Below, piece by piece: positions 1-9,294 of a stretch of 14,488 nt of DNA. A program made the position numbers and the translations under genes. The stretch comes from a bacterium (GTDB lineage Bacteria > SAR324 > NAC60-12): contig CBDDTI010000138.1 of the NCBI GenBank assembly GCA_965233585.1, positions 1 to 14,488 on the forward strand, given 5' to 3'. Numbering within the stretch: position 1 is the first letter of the stretch; every line of letters starts with the position of its first letter. The notes beneath the pieces were generated by a model. The model had not been told where the DNA came from. It worked only from the letters and a program-made list of their open reading frames with translations, and did not search any database.

Positions 1-1679
1 GCTTTAGCAAAGGAAAATGTAGAGGGAATGTTAAAAAAACAAAATCGCCTCAGGAAGCAGCTGGACACAATAGTGTACCCTCAAACAAACCATACTATTG
101 TGTATCATGATCATTCAAGTTTTTTTTGCTTGGCTGAAACTAATCCTTTGGAAAGCCTTTGGTTTTGAATCCAAGAAAAATGAAGCTAAGTAAAAGGAAA
201 CAAACTTTAGCAAAGGAAAAAGAAAAGGAAATGGTTTAAAAAAAACAATCACCTCAGGAAGCAGCTGGACACAATAGTGTACCCCCAAACAAACCACACT
301 ATTGTGTATCAGGGTTGCTCATGGACTACCCCCTTGAAAAATTGTTTGAGTCATGTTTTTTAATTGGGTTTTAATAAGGCATCATATATTTTGGGAAATT
401 GTGCATTTCTGAGAATTCTAAATAAAAGAAACTAATTGAGAAAATAAAAAAAGCTTTAGCAAAGGAAAATGCAAAGGGAATGTTAAAAAAACAAAATCAC
501 CTCAGGAAGCAGCTGGACACAATAGTGTACCCTCAAACAAACCATACTATTGTGTATCATGATCATTCATGTTTTTTTTGCTTGGCTGAAACTAATCCTT
601 TAGAAAGCCTTTGGTTTTGATTCCAAGAAAAATGAAGCTAAGTAAGAGGAAACAAACTTTAGCAAAGGAAAATGTAAAGGGAATGTTAAAAAACAAAATC
701 ACCTCAGGAAGCAGCTGGACACAATAGTGTACCCTCAAACAAACCATACTATTGTGTATCAGGATCATTCATGTTTTTTTTGCTTGGCTAAAACTGATCC
801 TTTGGAAAGCCTTTGGTTTTGATTCCAAGAAGGATGAAGCTAAGTAAAAGGAAACAAACTTTAGTAAAGGAAAAGGGAAAGGAAATGCTTGAAAAAAATA
901 TAACCTCAGGAAGCAGCTGGACACAATAGTGTACCCTCAAACAAACCATACTATTGTGTATCAGGGTTGCTCATGGACTACCCCCTTGAAAAATTGTTTG
1001 AGTCATGTTTTTTAATTGGGTTTTAATAAGGCATCATATATTTTGGGAAATTGTGCATTTCTGAGAATTCTAAATAAAAGAAACTAATTGAGAAAATAAA
1101 AAAAGCTTTAGCAAAGGAAAATGCAAAGGGAATGTTAAAAAAACAAAATCACCTCAGGAAGCAGCTGGACACAATAGTGTACCCTCAAACAAACCATACT
1201 ATTGTGTATCATGATCATTCATGTTTTTTTTGCTTGGCTGAAACTAATCCTTTAGAAAGCCTTTGGTTTTGATTCCAAGATAAATGAAGCTAAGTAAGAG
1301 GAAACAAACTTTAGCAAAGGAAAATGTAAAGGGAATGTTAAAAAACAAAATCACCTCAGGAAGCAGCTGGACACAATAGTGTACCCTCAAACAAACCATA
1401 CTATTGTGTATCAGGATCATTCATGTTTTTTTTGCTTGGCTAAAACTGATCCTTTGGAAAGCCTTTGGTTTTGATTCCAAGAAGGATGAAGCTAAGTAAA
1501 AGGAAACAAACTTTAGTAAATGAAAAGGGAAAGGAAATGCTTGAAAAAAACATAACCTCAGGAAGCAGCTGGACACAATAGTGTACCCTCAAACAAACCA
1601 TACTATTGTGTATTATGATCATTCATGTGTTTTTTTGCTTGGCTGAAACTCATCCTTTGGAAAGCCTTTGGTTTTGATT
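1..1679. repeat. Tandem array 1: 8 copies of a ~60-bp core (CCTCAGGAAGCAGCTGGACACAATAGTGTACCCTCAAACAAACCATACTATTGTGTATCA) with two spacer types, giving A units (~202 bp) and B units (~248 bp); order A-B-A-A-B-A-A-A(truncated)
   Basis: The ACACAATAGT arm starts at 65, 269, 517, 719, 921, 1169, 1371 and 1573. Spacings are 204/248/202/202/248/202/202, with a 652-bp higher-order period. The array runs off the left edge of the window. Confidence 0.95.
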
Positions 1680-1862
1680 TCAATTGATTTCAATTCATTT
1701 TCAACTGATGTTCAATTGATTTCAAATGATTTCAAATTAATTTCGATTGATTTTCAATTTGTTTAATTAAATTGTTTTTCAATTGATTTTCACTTTACTT
1801 TGAATTGATTTCAACTTAATTTATTAATTAACAAGGAATTGCTTTTCATTTGATTTCAATCA
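1674..1862. repeat. Degenerate ~10-bp minisatellite (TTGATTTCAA)n
   Basis: TTGATTTCAA-TTGATTTCAA-TTCATTTTCAA-CTGATGTTCAA-TTGATTTCAA-ATGATTTCAA... directly abutting the end of array 1. Confidence 0.8.
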
Positions 1863-1895
1863 ATGTTCATCTCACATGGGGGGATTTATTTCTTT

Positions 1896-1912
1896 GCTTG
1901 TGAAGGCTCAAG
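1896..1912 (+). promoter_or_regulatory. Conserved 5' motif of the Y slot, GCTTGTGAAGGCTCA(AG); the GGCTCAAG end matches the 3' end of the dinoflagellate spliced leader (possible SL relict or trans-splice site)
   Basis: The same motif occurs at 6182-6196, 8688-8702 (one mismatch) and 14046-14060, each ~30-50 nt upstream of an ATG. DinoSL ends in ...TTTTGGCTCAAG; only the last 8 nt match here. Confidence 0.4.
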
Positions 1913-1952
1913 CCCATTCTAGCCAGCTTCTTTGCATCCCATCAGCTCAGCC

Positions 1953-2788
1953 ATGGAGCAATTCAACACTGACATGGACAAGCTCAGGAAGGACTACAAT
2001 TATTATCTTGTGGAATGGTTTTCCAACCTCAGGAATATCCTGACTCTGGAGAAATTCTCTTTGAGCCCTAAGGCTTGGATTTGTTTTTTTTTTCCCAATG
2101 GGAAATCCATTAATTAATTAGTTAAATGGTTAATTAGCAATGAGTTTTATTTTTGGGTGGTTCTTTAAGCAACTCCATGAAGGTGGTGGCTCTGACAGCT
2201 GAGATGGCTGACATCAAGGTGAAGCTCAGGTGCTCTCAGGAACAGTTTGTGGACATGCTGCAGAAGTACTACACTCAGCAGTTGGTTCAGCTTGAGGATC
2301 CTGATGCTGTGCCTGATTGGGTGATGCTCAGTTTCAGGAATGAACTCAGTCAGATCTTCAAAGACTTCAAGGGTTACCCAAAGATCACTCAGGGGCAATG
2401 GATTAGGATTCTCAAGACAGCTCTTCAGGATGCTCAGGATGGTTGGCCATCAGAGTGTATCCCTCTTCCTCAGCCTGCCCAGCCTGCCCAACCTGCTAAG
2501 CCTGATACATTTGATGCTACCCTCCGCAAGTTTCAGGATATGGAAAAGGAGTTGAATGCACAGCCTGACCATGAGGTGATGGAGGTGGCTAAGGACTCTC
2601 AGGTCCTAGACTCTCAGCCTATGGGGAGTGATGATGAAGCACCATCAGATACACCCTTTGGGTCCCAGGAGCTGGCTGATGATTCTCAGGTCTTAGACTC
2701 TCAGCCTATGAGCAGTGATGATTCAGCATCAGATCCATCCTCAGATGCTGAGCCCAAGTCCAAGAAGGCCAAGACTGAAGAGCCCTAG
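1953..2788 (+). CDS. Gene Y1, two exons (1953-2072, 2183-2788), ~241-aa hypothetical protein: helical N-terminus, PAQ repeats, acidic DSQ-repeat tail and basic NLS-like end (PKSKKAK)
   Basis: GCCATG start. Joining ORFs 1932-2117 and 2153-2788 across a phase-0 intron 2073-2182 (AAG|GC...AAG|G) gives ...FSLSPK|VVALTAEM... The intron is AT-rich relative to the exons. Confidence 0.7.
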
Positions 2789-2980
2789 AGGACTGAAGGG
2801 TGTTTCTGGTGGTGTGGGATTAGTGCTCAGCTTGGACATAATCTTAGACTTTTGGCAATTTTGATTAAATTAATCAATCAATTAATTAATTAATTAGCAT
2901 GCTTATGCATGTTTAAGTTTCTTATAATTGAGTAATTAGCTAATTAATTAACCGATGAAGTTGTAGCATGTTCATATTTG

Positions 2981-3005
2981 TGCATGTCTATGTGATTCCT
3001 CAGCT
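2981..3005 (+). promoter_or_regulatory. Conserved motif TGCATGTCTATGTGATTCCTCAGCT upstream of every X gene (candidate promoter element or trans-splice acceptor)
   Basis: Identical at 2981-3005, 6508-6532, 9594-9618 and 14372-14396, each ~50-60 nt before the X start codon. Confidence 0.5.
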
Positions 3006-3065
3006 TTTTAAGGCTCAAATCTAAGGGCAAGGACTAATCAACCTTTGCTCCATATCATCTCAGCC

Positions 3066-4221
3066 ATGTCTTTCTTTGACTATCATGGGAGAGGCTCAGG
3101 CAAACCTCATCCTATGTTTGAAGAGAAGCCTGCTGAGGTGCCAGATGGAGTTTTGTGGACTCAGAGGGGTGGCCAAGGGCGCTACCAGCTTCAGTCCAAT
3201 GATCCACCTCAGGAACCCTCATGCTTAGCACTCTTCAACAACTTGGACTCAGAAAACATTGTGGAGTATCCTAGATACCTTAGGGAGCCTAAGGTTGACT
3301 GTGGCAATGGCCACACAGTCTTCCTCAGCAGAATTCCCTGGCAATCAGGATGTAGAGAATGCCATGTGCCTGGGTTGAACAAATGGATGATTTTTTTTTG
3401 TTGGTGTGTGTGTTTTAGCATAGGACAATGAGCATTAATTAACTGATATAGTTGTCATTTTTTCATGGACACCATTTGCAACCCTGCAGGAACACAATGG
3501 CTGGTCTCAGGAAGTGGTTCAAAGATATTACACTGAGGTGCTCAGAATGGACCCATTGCCTTGGGGTGCATTTGTAGCTCCTCAGTTCAGACAAGCTCAG
3601 TTCAAGCCTCCTGAGCCTGATGCACCAGCTGGATTCTCAGCAGCAACTGCTTCTTCATCAACAGGGAAGGGCTCAGGCAGACCTCAACAGCCCTTCGATG
3701 TGCTAGATGCTGCTTTATCAAATATGCAGAGAAGCTCAGTTTGGAAGCCTCAGCCTATCAGGACTGCCAATGATGCTCAGGGCTATGTCAAGTCTGAGCT
3801 CCAAAAGCTGAACATCAATGAGATTGACAAGCTCCTGGACAACTCAGAATCAGATCAGAAGCTCAGTGACTTGGACAATGTACCTGACCTGATTGAGGAC
3901 ATGAAGTCCAAGATTCTTCTACTTGAGCAGGCACTTGAATCTCAGGAGCTCACAATGCTTAGGCTCAGGAAAGATGCTAAGAAAATGGAAGAGGAGCAAG
4001 GTGAGCTCAGGGCTTTGCATGCTGAGCTTCAACTGAATGTGAAAAGAGCTCAGTTGTACTGGGAGCAGAAGCTGTCTCAGGATCTTGTGAATAAGGAAGC
4101 TCTGAGAAAGTTCATGGAAACTCATCAAATGAGTGAACTAGATGTCAAACAGCTGATGCAAAAATCTCCTCAGATTGATCACAAGCCTCAGGACTCAGTG
4201 AAGGAAGTTGTGGATGTATAA
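3066..4221 (+). CDS. Gene X1, two exons (3066-3365, 3490-4221), ~343-aa protein with a putative C-H/C-C zinc-binding domain and a C-terminal predicted coiled coil
   Basis: GCCATG start. Phase-0 intron 3366-3489 (GTGCCTGGG...CAG|G) gives YPRYLREPKVDCGNGHTVFLSRIPWQSGCRECH|EHNGWSQEVVQRYYTEVLRMDPLPW, collinear with X2 and X3. The C-terminus is E/L/Q/K-rich and heptad-like. Confidence 0.8.
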
Positions 4222-4324
4222 TTAACTCAGGTGCATGTCTGCTGAGCAGATATATAGTTAATTAGAAGCAGTCACTTCCTGAGTAATTATACCAGAGGCA
4301 TTGTGAAGAATTACTTAGCTGGCA

Positions 4325-4825
4325 GAAAAAATGAGTGCAGCTCTGAAGTGATGTGGGTGGTTTTGCCACTGCTGCTGGTTGTTGTTGCAGTTTAGAATAA
4401 TTGATTAATTAATTAATTAGTTAATTACTTAATTAACTAATTAATGAATTAATTAATAATTAATCAATTATTTAATTAATTGATTACTTTAGCATAAGTA
4501 ATGGGTAATGTTGGACATTAACATCACTGAGTTTAGTGTCAAATAATGGGTCTTTCAGTTTTGCTATCAGTTTCTTGTCCCTGACAGGACCTCAGCATTC
4601 TGCCTACCTCACTCAGCATTAAGGTCTTCAGCAAGCTTGAGTGATTTTTTTTTTACATTGAGCTAAGCAAGGCTTAATGATTTTTGAATGTCTCAGCATG
4701 TGACTATCAGCAGGACACACTGGCAAAAGATGGCTGGGAAAGTGATGGGGTTGGGTAGAGTTGCAAGCACTAAGATAATTAATTAATTACTGAGATTGAA
4801 CTTAGCAGCATGGACTAAGATTGAA
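4325..4825. repeat. Module tail copy 1 (most diverged), homologous to 7950-8565 and 11250-11745
   Basis: Shared blocks GTGCAG(C/A)TCTGAAG, TTGTCCCTGACAGGA (4575-4589), TGGGAAAGTG(A/G)TGGG..TGGGTA and ACTAAG(A/G)TTGA. Boundaries are approximate. Confidence 0.6.
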
Positions 4826-4896
4826 TTTAGCAGATGTGAATCAATTTAGATTTGATATTCTTTAAAATAATTACTTGGATGGATGATTGTTTTTTT

Positions 4897-6168
4897 CACC
4901 TCAGGAAGAAGCTGGACACAATAGTGTACCCTCAAACAAACCATACTATTGTGTATCAGGATCATTCATGTTTTTTTTGCTTGGCTAAAACTGATCCTTT
5001 GGAAAGCCTTTGGTTTTGATTCCAAGAAGAATGAAGCTAAGTAAAAGGAAACAAACTTCAGTAAAGGAAAAGGGAAAGGAAATGCTTGAAAAAAAATATA
5101 ACCTCAGGAAGCAGCTGGACACAATAGTGTACCCTCAAACAAACCATACTATTGTGTATCAGGGTTGCTCATGGACTACCCCCTTGAAAAATTGTTTGAG
5201 TGATGTTTTTTAATTGGGTTTTAATAAGGCATCATATATTTTGGGAAATTAGGCATTTCTGGGAATTCTAAATAAAAGAAACTAATTGAGAAAATAAAAG
5301 ACATAAACTTTAGCAAAGGAAAATGTAAAGGGAATGTTAAAAAAACAAAATCACCTCAGGAAGCAGCTGGACACAATAGTGTACCCTCAAACAAACCATA
5401 CTATTGTGTATCATGATCATTCATGTTTTTTTGCTTGGCTGAAACTAATCCTTTGGAAAGCCTTTGGTTTTGATTCCAAGAAGAATGAAGCTAAGTAAAA
5501 GGAAACAAACTTTAGTAAAGGAAAAGGGAAAGGAAATGCTTGAAAAAAAATATAACCTCAGGAAGCAGCTGGACACAATAGTGTACCCTCAAACAAACCA
5601 TACTATTGTGTATCAGGGTTGCTCATGGACTACCCCCTTGAAAAATTGTTTGAGTGATGTTTTTTAATTGGGTTTTAATAAGGCATCATATATTTTGGGA
5701 AATTAGGCATTTCTGAGAATTCTAAATAAAAGAAAGTAATTGAGAAAATAAAAGACATAAACTTTAGCAAAGGAAAATGTAAAGGGAATGTTAAAAAACA
5801 AAATCACCTCAGGAAGCAGCTGGACACAATAGTGTACCCTCAAACAAACCATACTATTGTGTATCAGGGTTGCTCATGGACTACCCTCTTGAAAAATTGT
5901 TTGAGTCATGTTTTTTGGATTAATAAGGCATCATATATTTTGAGAAATTGAGCATTTCTGAGAATTGTAAATAAAAGAAACTAATTGAGAAAATAAAAAA
6001 TAATAGCAAAGGAAAAGGCAAAGAGAATGTTAAAAAAAAACACATCAGGAAGCAGCTGGACACAATAGTTTACCCCCAAACAAACCATACTATTTTGTAT
6101 CATGATCATTCATGTTTTTTTTGGTTGGCTGAAACTCATCTTTTGGAAAATCTTTACTTAGTTTTGAT
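4897..6168. repeat. Tandem array 2: 6 copies of the hairpin core; order A-B-A-B-B-A(degenerate, truncated)
   Basis: Arm starts at 4916, 5119, 5371, 5573, 5824 and 6060, with an A+B period of ~454 bp. The last core has two substitutions in the stem. Confidence 0.95.
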
Positions 6169-6223
6169 GTTATATACCAAAGCTTGTGAAGGCTCAGATC
6201 CAACTGTGTTGATTTTCTCAGCA

Positions 6224-6358
6224 ATGGTGCTGCTGAAGAGCATGCTGGAATCACTCAGCACCATGAGATCACTTAGCTCCAGAGGACTGAAGGGTGTTTC
6301 TGGTGGGGTAGGATTGGTGCTCAGCTTGACCATGGCCTCAGACTTGTGGCAATCTTGA
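6224..6358 (+). CDS. Possible 44-aa mini-ORF occupying the Y slot of module 2 (MVLLKSMLESLSTMRSLSSRGLKGVSGGVGLVLSLTMASDLWQS), or a remnant of a deleted Y gene
   Basis: It lies between the same 5' motif (6182) and 3' flank (AGAGGACTGAAGGG, 6281) that bracket Y1 and Y2. Start context is TCAGCAATG. It is duplicated at 14088-14222. Confidence 0.3.
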   Translation: MVLLKSMLESLSTMRSLSSRGLKGVSGGVGLVLSLTMASDLWQS

Positions 6359-6583
6359 TCAGTAATGCATGCTTATGCATGTGTAAGTTTCTTATAATTA
6401 CTTGCACATGCATCATATTCAATAACTATATATTTGTTGATTCATTATATATAATTGTAATAAATGAATTAGTCAACTAGATATTTTGCTTGCATGGTGT
6501 TGAATTATGCATGTCTATGTGATTCCTCAGCTGCTTTGATCTCAGTGCGATTTCCACCAACTCAGCTGCACTTCTTGCAAGCC

Positions 6584-7931
6584 ATGAGTTCAAACACTGC
6601 TGCTAGTCAGCAGAATCACCCTTGGCAGCAGAGGACAGCTGCCCAAGGCTCAGGAAAAAAGGATGCTGAGGGCAGATTTGGGCCCTGGGTACCTCAGCAT
6701 CTCCTCAGCACTATTCCTGCTGGAATGGTGTATAGATCAGAGAATGGAAAGCATGCTCAGTTGGTGCAACCATGTGATCCTAAGAGACCTTACATCTCTG
6801 AGCTGTTCCAGAATCAGGATAAGGAAGTTATGGTCAAGTACCCCAGGTACTTGGATGAGCCTAAGGTTGCCTGTGGTTCCTGTGGAGCTGACATTTTTCT
6901 CAGCAGAATTCCTTGGCAGTCAGGATGTGGCAAATGCAGAGTTCCTGGGTGGACTTAGAATAATGTTATTTTTGTTTACCTGTTTTTTGTTCCTGATTTT
7001 TATGTGCTTTGAACTAAAGTATTACTGCTAATTACAAGTACCTCAGTGACAGTTCAAAACAAAGCAAACAACATTAATCATATAATTAATTAATTAGCCA
7101 ATTAATTAATTAATTGAGCAATTCATTACTTGGTAACATCATGAATTAATTGATCAATTACAGTCTACTTTTTTTGTTTCATTCAAAGCAGCTTGCATTG
7201 AGGGCTCAGATGGATGGCCTCAGTGGGTGATCCAGTGGTACTACACCAGGATTCTCAGCATGGATCCATTGCCATGGGCTAAGTCAGTGAAGGCAGATTA
7301 TGGTAAGGCTCAGTTCATGGAAGGTGATCCTTCTGCTTCTAGGCCTTCATCTTCTCAGCGTCCTCCTGAGCCTCTAGGCACACCAGTGATGCCTAAGGCA
7401 AGGCCAGCTGATCCACCTCAGGCCAGTGAGTGTCCTAGTGGTGAAGCATACTACTTCAACCAGCTCCAGCAGATGGATCCTGAGGGTAGGTGCTCAGCAA
7501 TGGCTCTGCTTCTCTCAGATGCTTCCATGAATGATCAACCTCTGGAGGACCTGTTAGTTCACATGGATGAGCTCAAAGAATGCATAGAATTGATGGAAAA
7601 AGCTCAGAAAATGCAGGAAAGGACTGTGGCCAGACTGAAAAAGGATCTCAGCTTGATGGAAGATGTGTCTCAGGAGATTTCAAACAACATCATTGCTTTC
7701 CAAGGAACCCATGAGAACATGCTTTTAATGAAAGATGCAGTACTAGCTGAGGAGGAGGCTCAGCAGGAGGCTGAAAAAGCTGAGAGGGAGGCTCAGGAGG
7801 CTCAGGATGCTTTCATGACTCAGGAAATTGAAGATTTCATAGAGAAGCTGCCAATCTCAAGGCAGAGGGTTCTCTATTTGCTCAGCCCTCCACCTAAGAA
7901 ACAAAAATCTCAGAATGATGAGGATGAGTAG
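6584..7931 (+). CDS. Gene X2, two exons (6584-6940, 7203-7931), ~361-aa X-family paralog with a C-x2-C...C-x2-C motif, coiled coil and NLS-like PPPKKQK near the C-terminus
   Basis: GCCATG start. Phase-0 intron 6941-7202 (GTTCCTGGG...GAG|G) gives YPRYLDEPKVACGSCGADIFLSRIPWQSGCGKCR|GSDGWPQWVIQWYYTRILSMDPLPW. Confidence 0.8.
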
Positions 7932-7949
7932 CTGCCTCAGGCAGATGGA

Positions 7950-8565
7950 ACATCACTGAGTGAAATCTCAGTGTCCTTTTTAAATTTGCTTTCAGAAGCA
8001 ATCCATGCAGCTTGAATGAAGGAAAAAAGTGTGCAGATCTGAAGGGATGTGGAGGGCTTCTTCTGCATGTTAATTGTTGGAAGTATTTGATTGCAAAGTC
8101 AATTTGTTTGACACACATTGATGGGTAGAGACTTATTTATCTGATTAATTATTCAATGAACACTATACACTGAGATTAGTGTCAAAGAGTTGTATGCTTT
8201 GCTCTCAGCTTTTTGTCCCTGACAGGACATCAGCATCCTGAGCAAGTGGAGTACCTGGTGACTACATCATCCTTCTTAGTTGTGAGCATCTTCAGTGCTG
8301 AGGAGAAGGAGAAGCCAAGGCACTGAGGTTCTACTTCATAGTGAGACTCACTATGAAGTAGAACCTCAGAATGTGAGCTACATCATCTTCTACCTCAGCT
8401 AGCTTCTCAGTTGTTTCCAACTTTGTCCTGAGCAAGGCTCAGTATGCATCAGCATAGCACTATCAGCAAAAGGCATTGCCAGAAAATGTTTGGGAAAGTG
8501 GTGGGTCTGGGTAAGGTTTCAATGACTAAGGTTGAACTCAGCTGAAGGAACCAACCATTTCTATA
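7950..8565. repeat. Module tail copy 2, carrying an extra segment relative to copy 3
   Basis: Alignable by eye along its length with 11250-11745 (CATCACTGAGT..AATCTCAGTGTC through CAGC(T/A)GAAGGAACCAAC). Confidence 0.8.
8323..8369. repeat. Perfect 47-bp palindrome (23-bp arms, 1-nt centre)
   Basis: CTGAGGTTCTACTTCATAGTGAG-A-CTCACTATGAAGTAGAACCTCAG; the arms are exact reverse complements. Confidence 0.97.
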
Positions 8566-8754
8566 ACTAACTGTTCATTAATTAATCACAATATGTTCAA
8601 CTTTGATTTGGTGTCATGAGTTATGGCTTAGATTGAGCTTGTATGTAACCTCTCAGTTTCTTTGCAATGGTTCAGGTTCATTTTTGGGCTTGTGAAGGAT
8701 CAAACACAGCCAGTAGAACCTTTGCTCAGTTCCACTGCACTAACTTGTTCAGCC

Positions 8755-9294
8755 ATGGCAATGGGGAAGCTTACTACTCAGGAAGAGGGAAAGCTCCTTA
8801 AGTTCATCTCAGATCTTGGCATTACACCTCAGGATGCTCTTATCTTCCTCAGTAGGCATGAGATCGACATGGGGGAGCATCAGGACCTCAGGTCTTCCCT
8901 TGATGAGCTGCACAAGGTGCATGCCTGCCTCAGAGGACAGTCTCAGGGAAATGTAATCAACCTCATCAAGTGCAAGGCTGAGCTGATCAACATGCTGGCA
9001 CTTGTGGAGCTCAGGCAGCATCAGTGGGTCCAGCATTGCCAGAACTTTGAGAAGCTCAGGGCTGATGTGATCAAGGAGGAGCTTGCTGAGATCAGGGACA
9101 AAGTGCTCAGCAGGATGCCCCAGCAGGTCACTGAGGACTCTCAGCATGCTGATGACTCTCAGGTCTTTGGTGACTCTCAGCAGGATGATGACTCTCAGGT
9201 CTTTGGTGACTCTCAGCAGGATGATGATTCAGTATCAGATCCATCCTCAGATGCTGAGCCCAAGTCCAAGAAGGCCAAGACTGGAGATGCCTAG
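8755..9294 (+). CDS. Gene Y2, single exon, ~179-aa hypothetical helical protein with the same acidic DSQ-repeat and PKSKKAK tail as Y1
   Basis: GCCATG start within ORF 8662-9294. C-terminus DDSVSDPSSDAEPKSKKAKTGDA versus Y1 DDSASDPSSDAEPKSKKAKTEEP. Contains a 33-bp tandem duplication encoding DDSQVFGDSQQ. Confidence 0.75.
   Translation: MAMGKLTTQEEGKLLKFISDLGITPQDALIFLSRHEIDMGEHQDLRSSLDELHKVHACLRGQSQGNVINLIKCKAELINMLALVELRQHQWVQHCQNFEKLRADVIKEELAEIRDKVLSRMPQQVTEDSQHADDSQVFGDSQQDDDSQVFGDSQQDDDSVSDPSSDAEPKSKKAKTGDA

Noticed and set aside
66..75. RAG/Transib-type CACAGTG/CACAATG terminal signal
   Set aside because: CACAATAGTG matches only partially, the arms are 15 nt apart rather than bounding an element, and no transposase is present.
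783..800. Spliced-leader RNA gene array on the minus strand (CTTGGCTAAAACTG loosely resembles the reverse complement of DinoSL)
   Set aside because: The match is weak and gapped; no intact 22-nt leader occurs on either strand.
1..1679. CRISPR array (palindromic repeat with spacers)
   Set aside because: The repeat is ~60 bp, the spacers are ~140-190 bp and fall into two recurring classes rather than being unique, there are no cas genes, and the context is intron-containing eukaryotic DNA.
3087..3107. Walker A motif in GRGSGKP / GKGSGKW
   Set aside because: Lacks the GxxxxGK[S/T] pattern and preceding beta strand, and lies in a low-complexity N-terminus.
4788..4835. ~25-bp tandem duplication ACT(G/A)AGATTGAA(C/T)TTAGCAG
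   Set aside because: Real but minor local duplication of a tail motif, with no evidence of separate function.
5010..5667. Short ORFs in the arrays (115-297, 1440-1622, 5010-5213, 5464-5667, 11745-11939, 12453-12659, and the 5' parts of 6095-6358 and 13890-14222)
   Set aside because: By-products of the repeat: mostly non-ATG starts, and frames broken by variable homopolymer lengths between copies.
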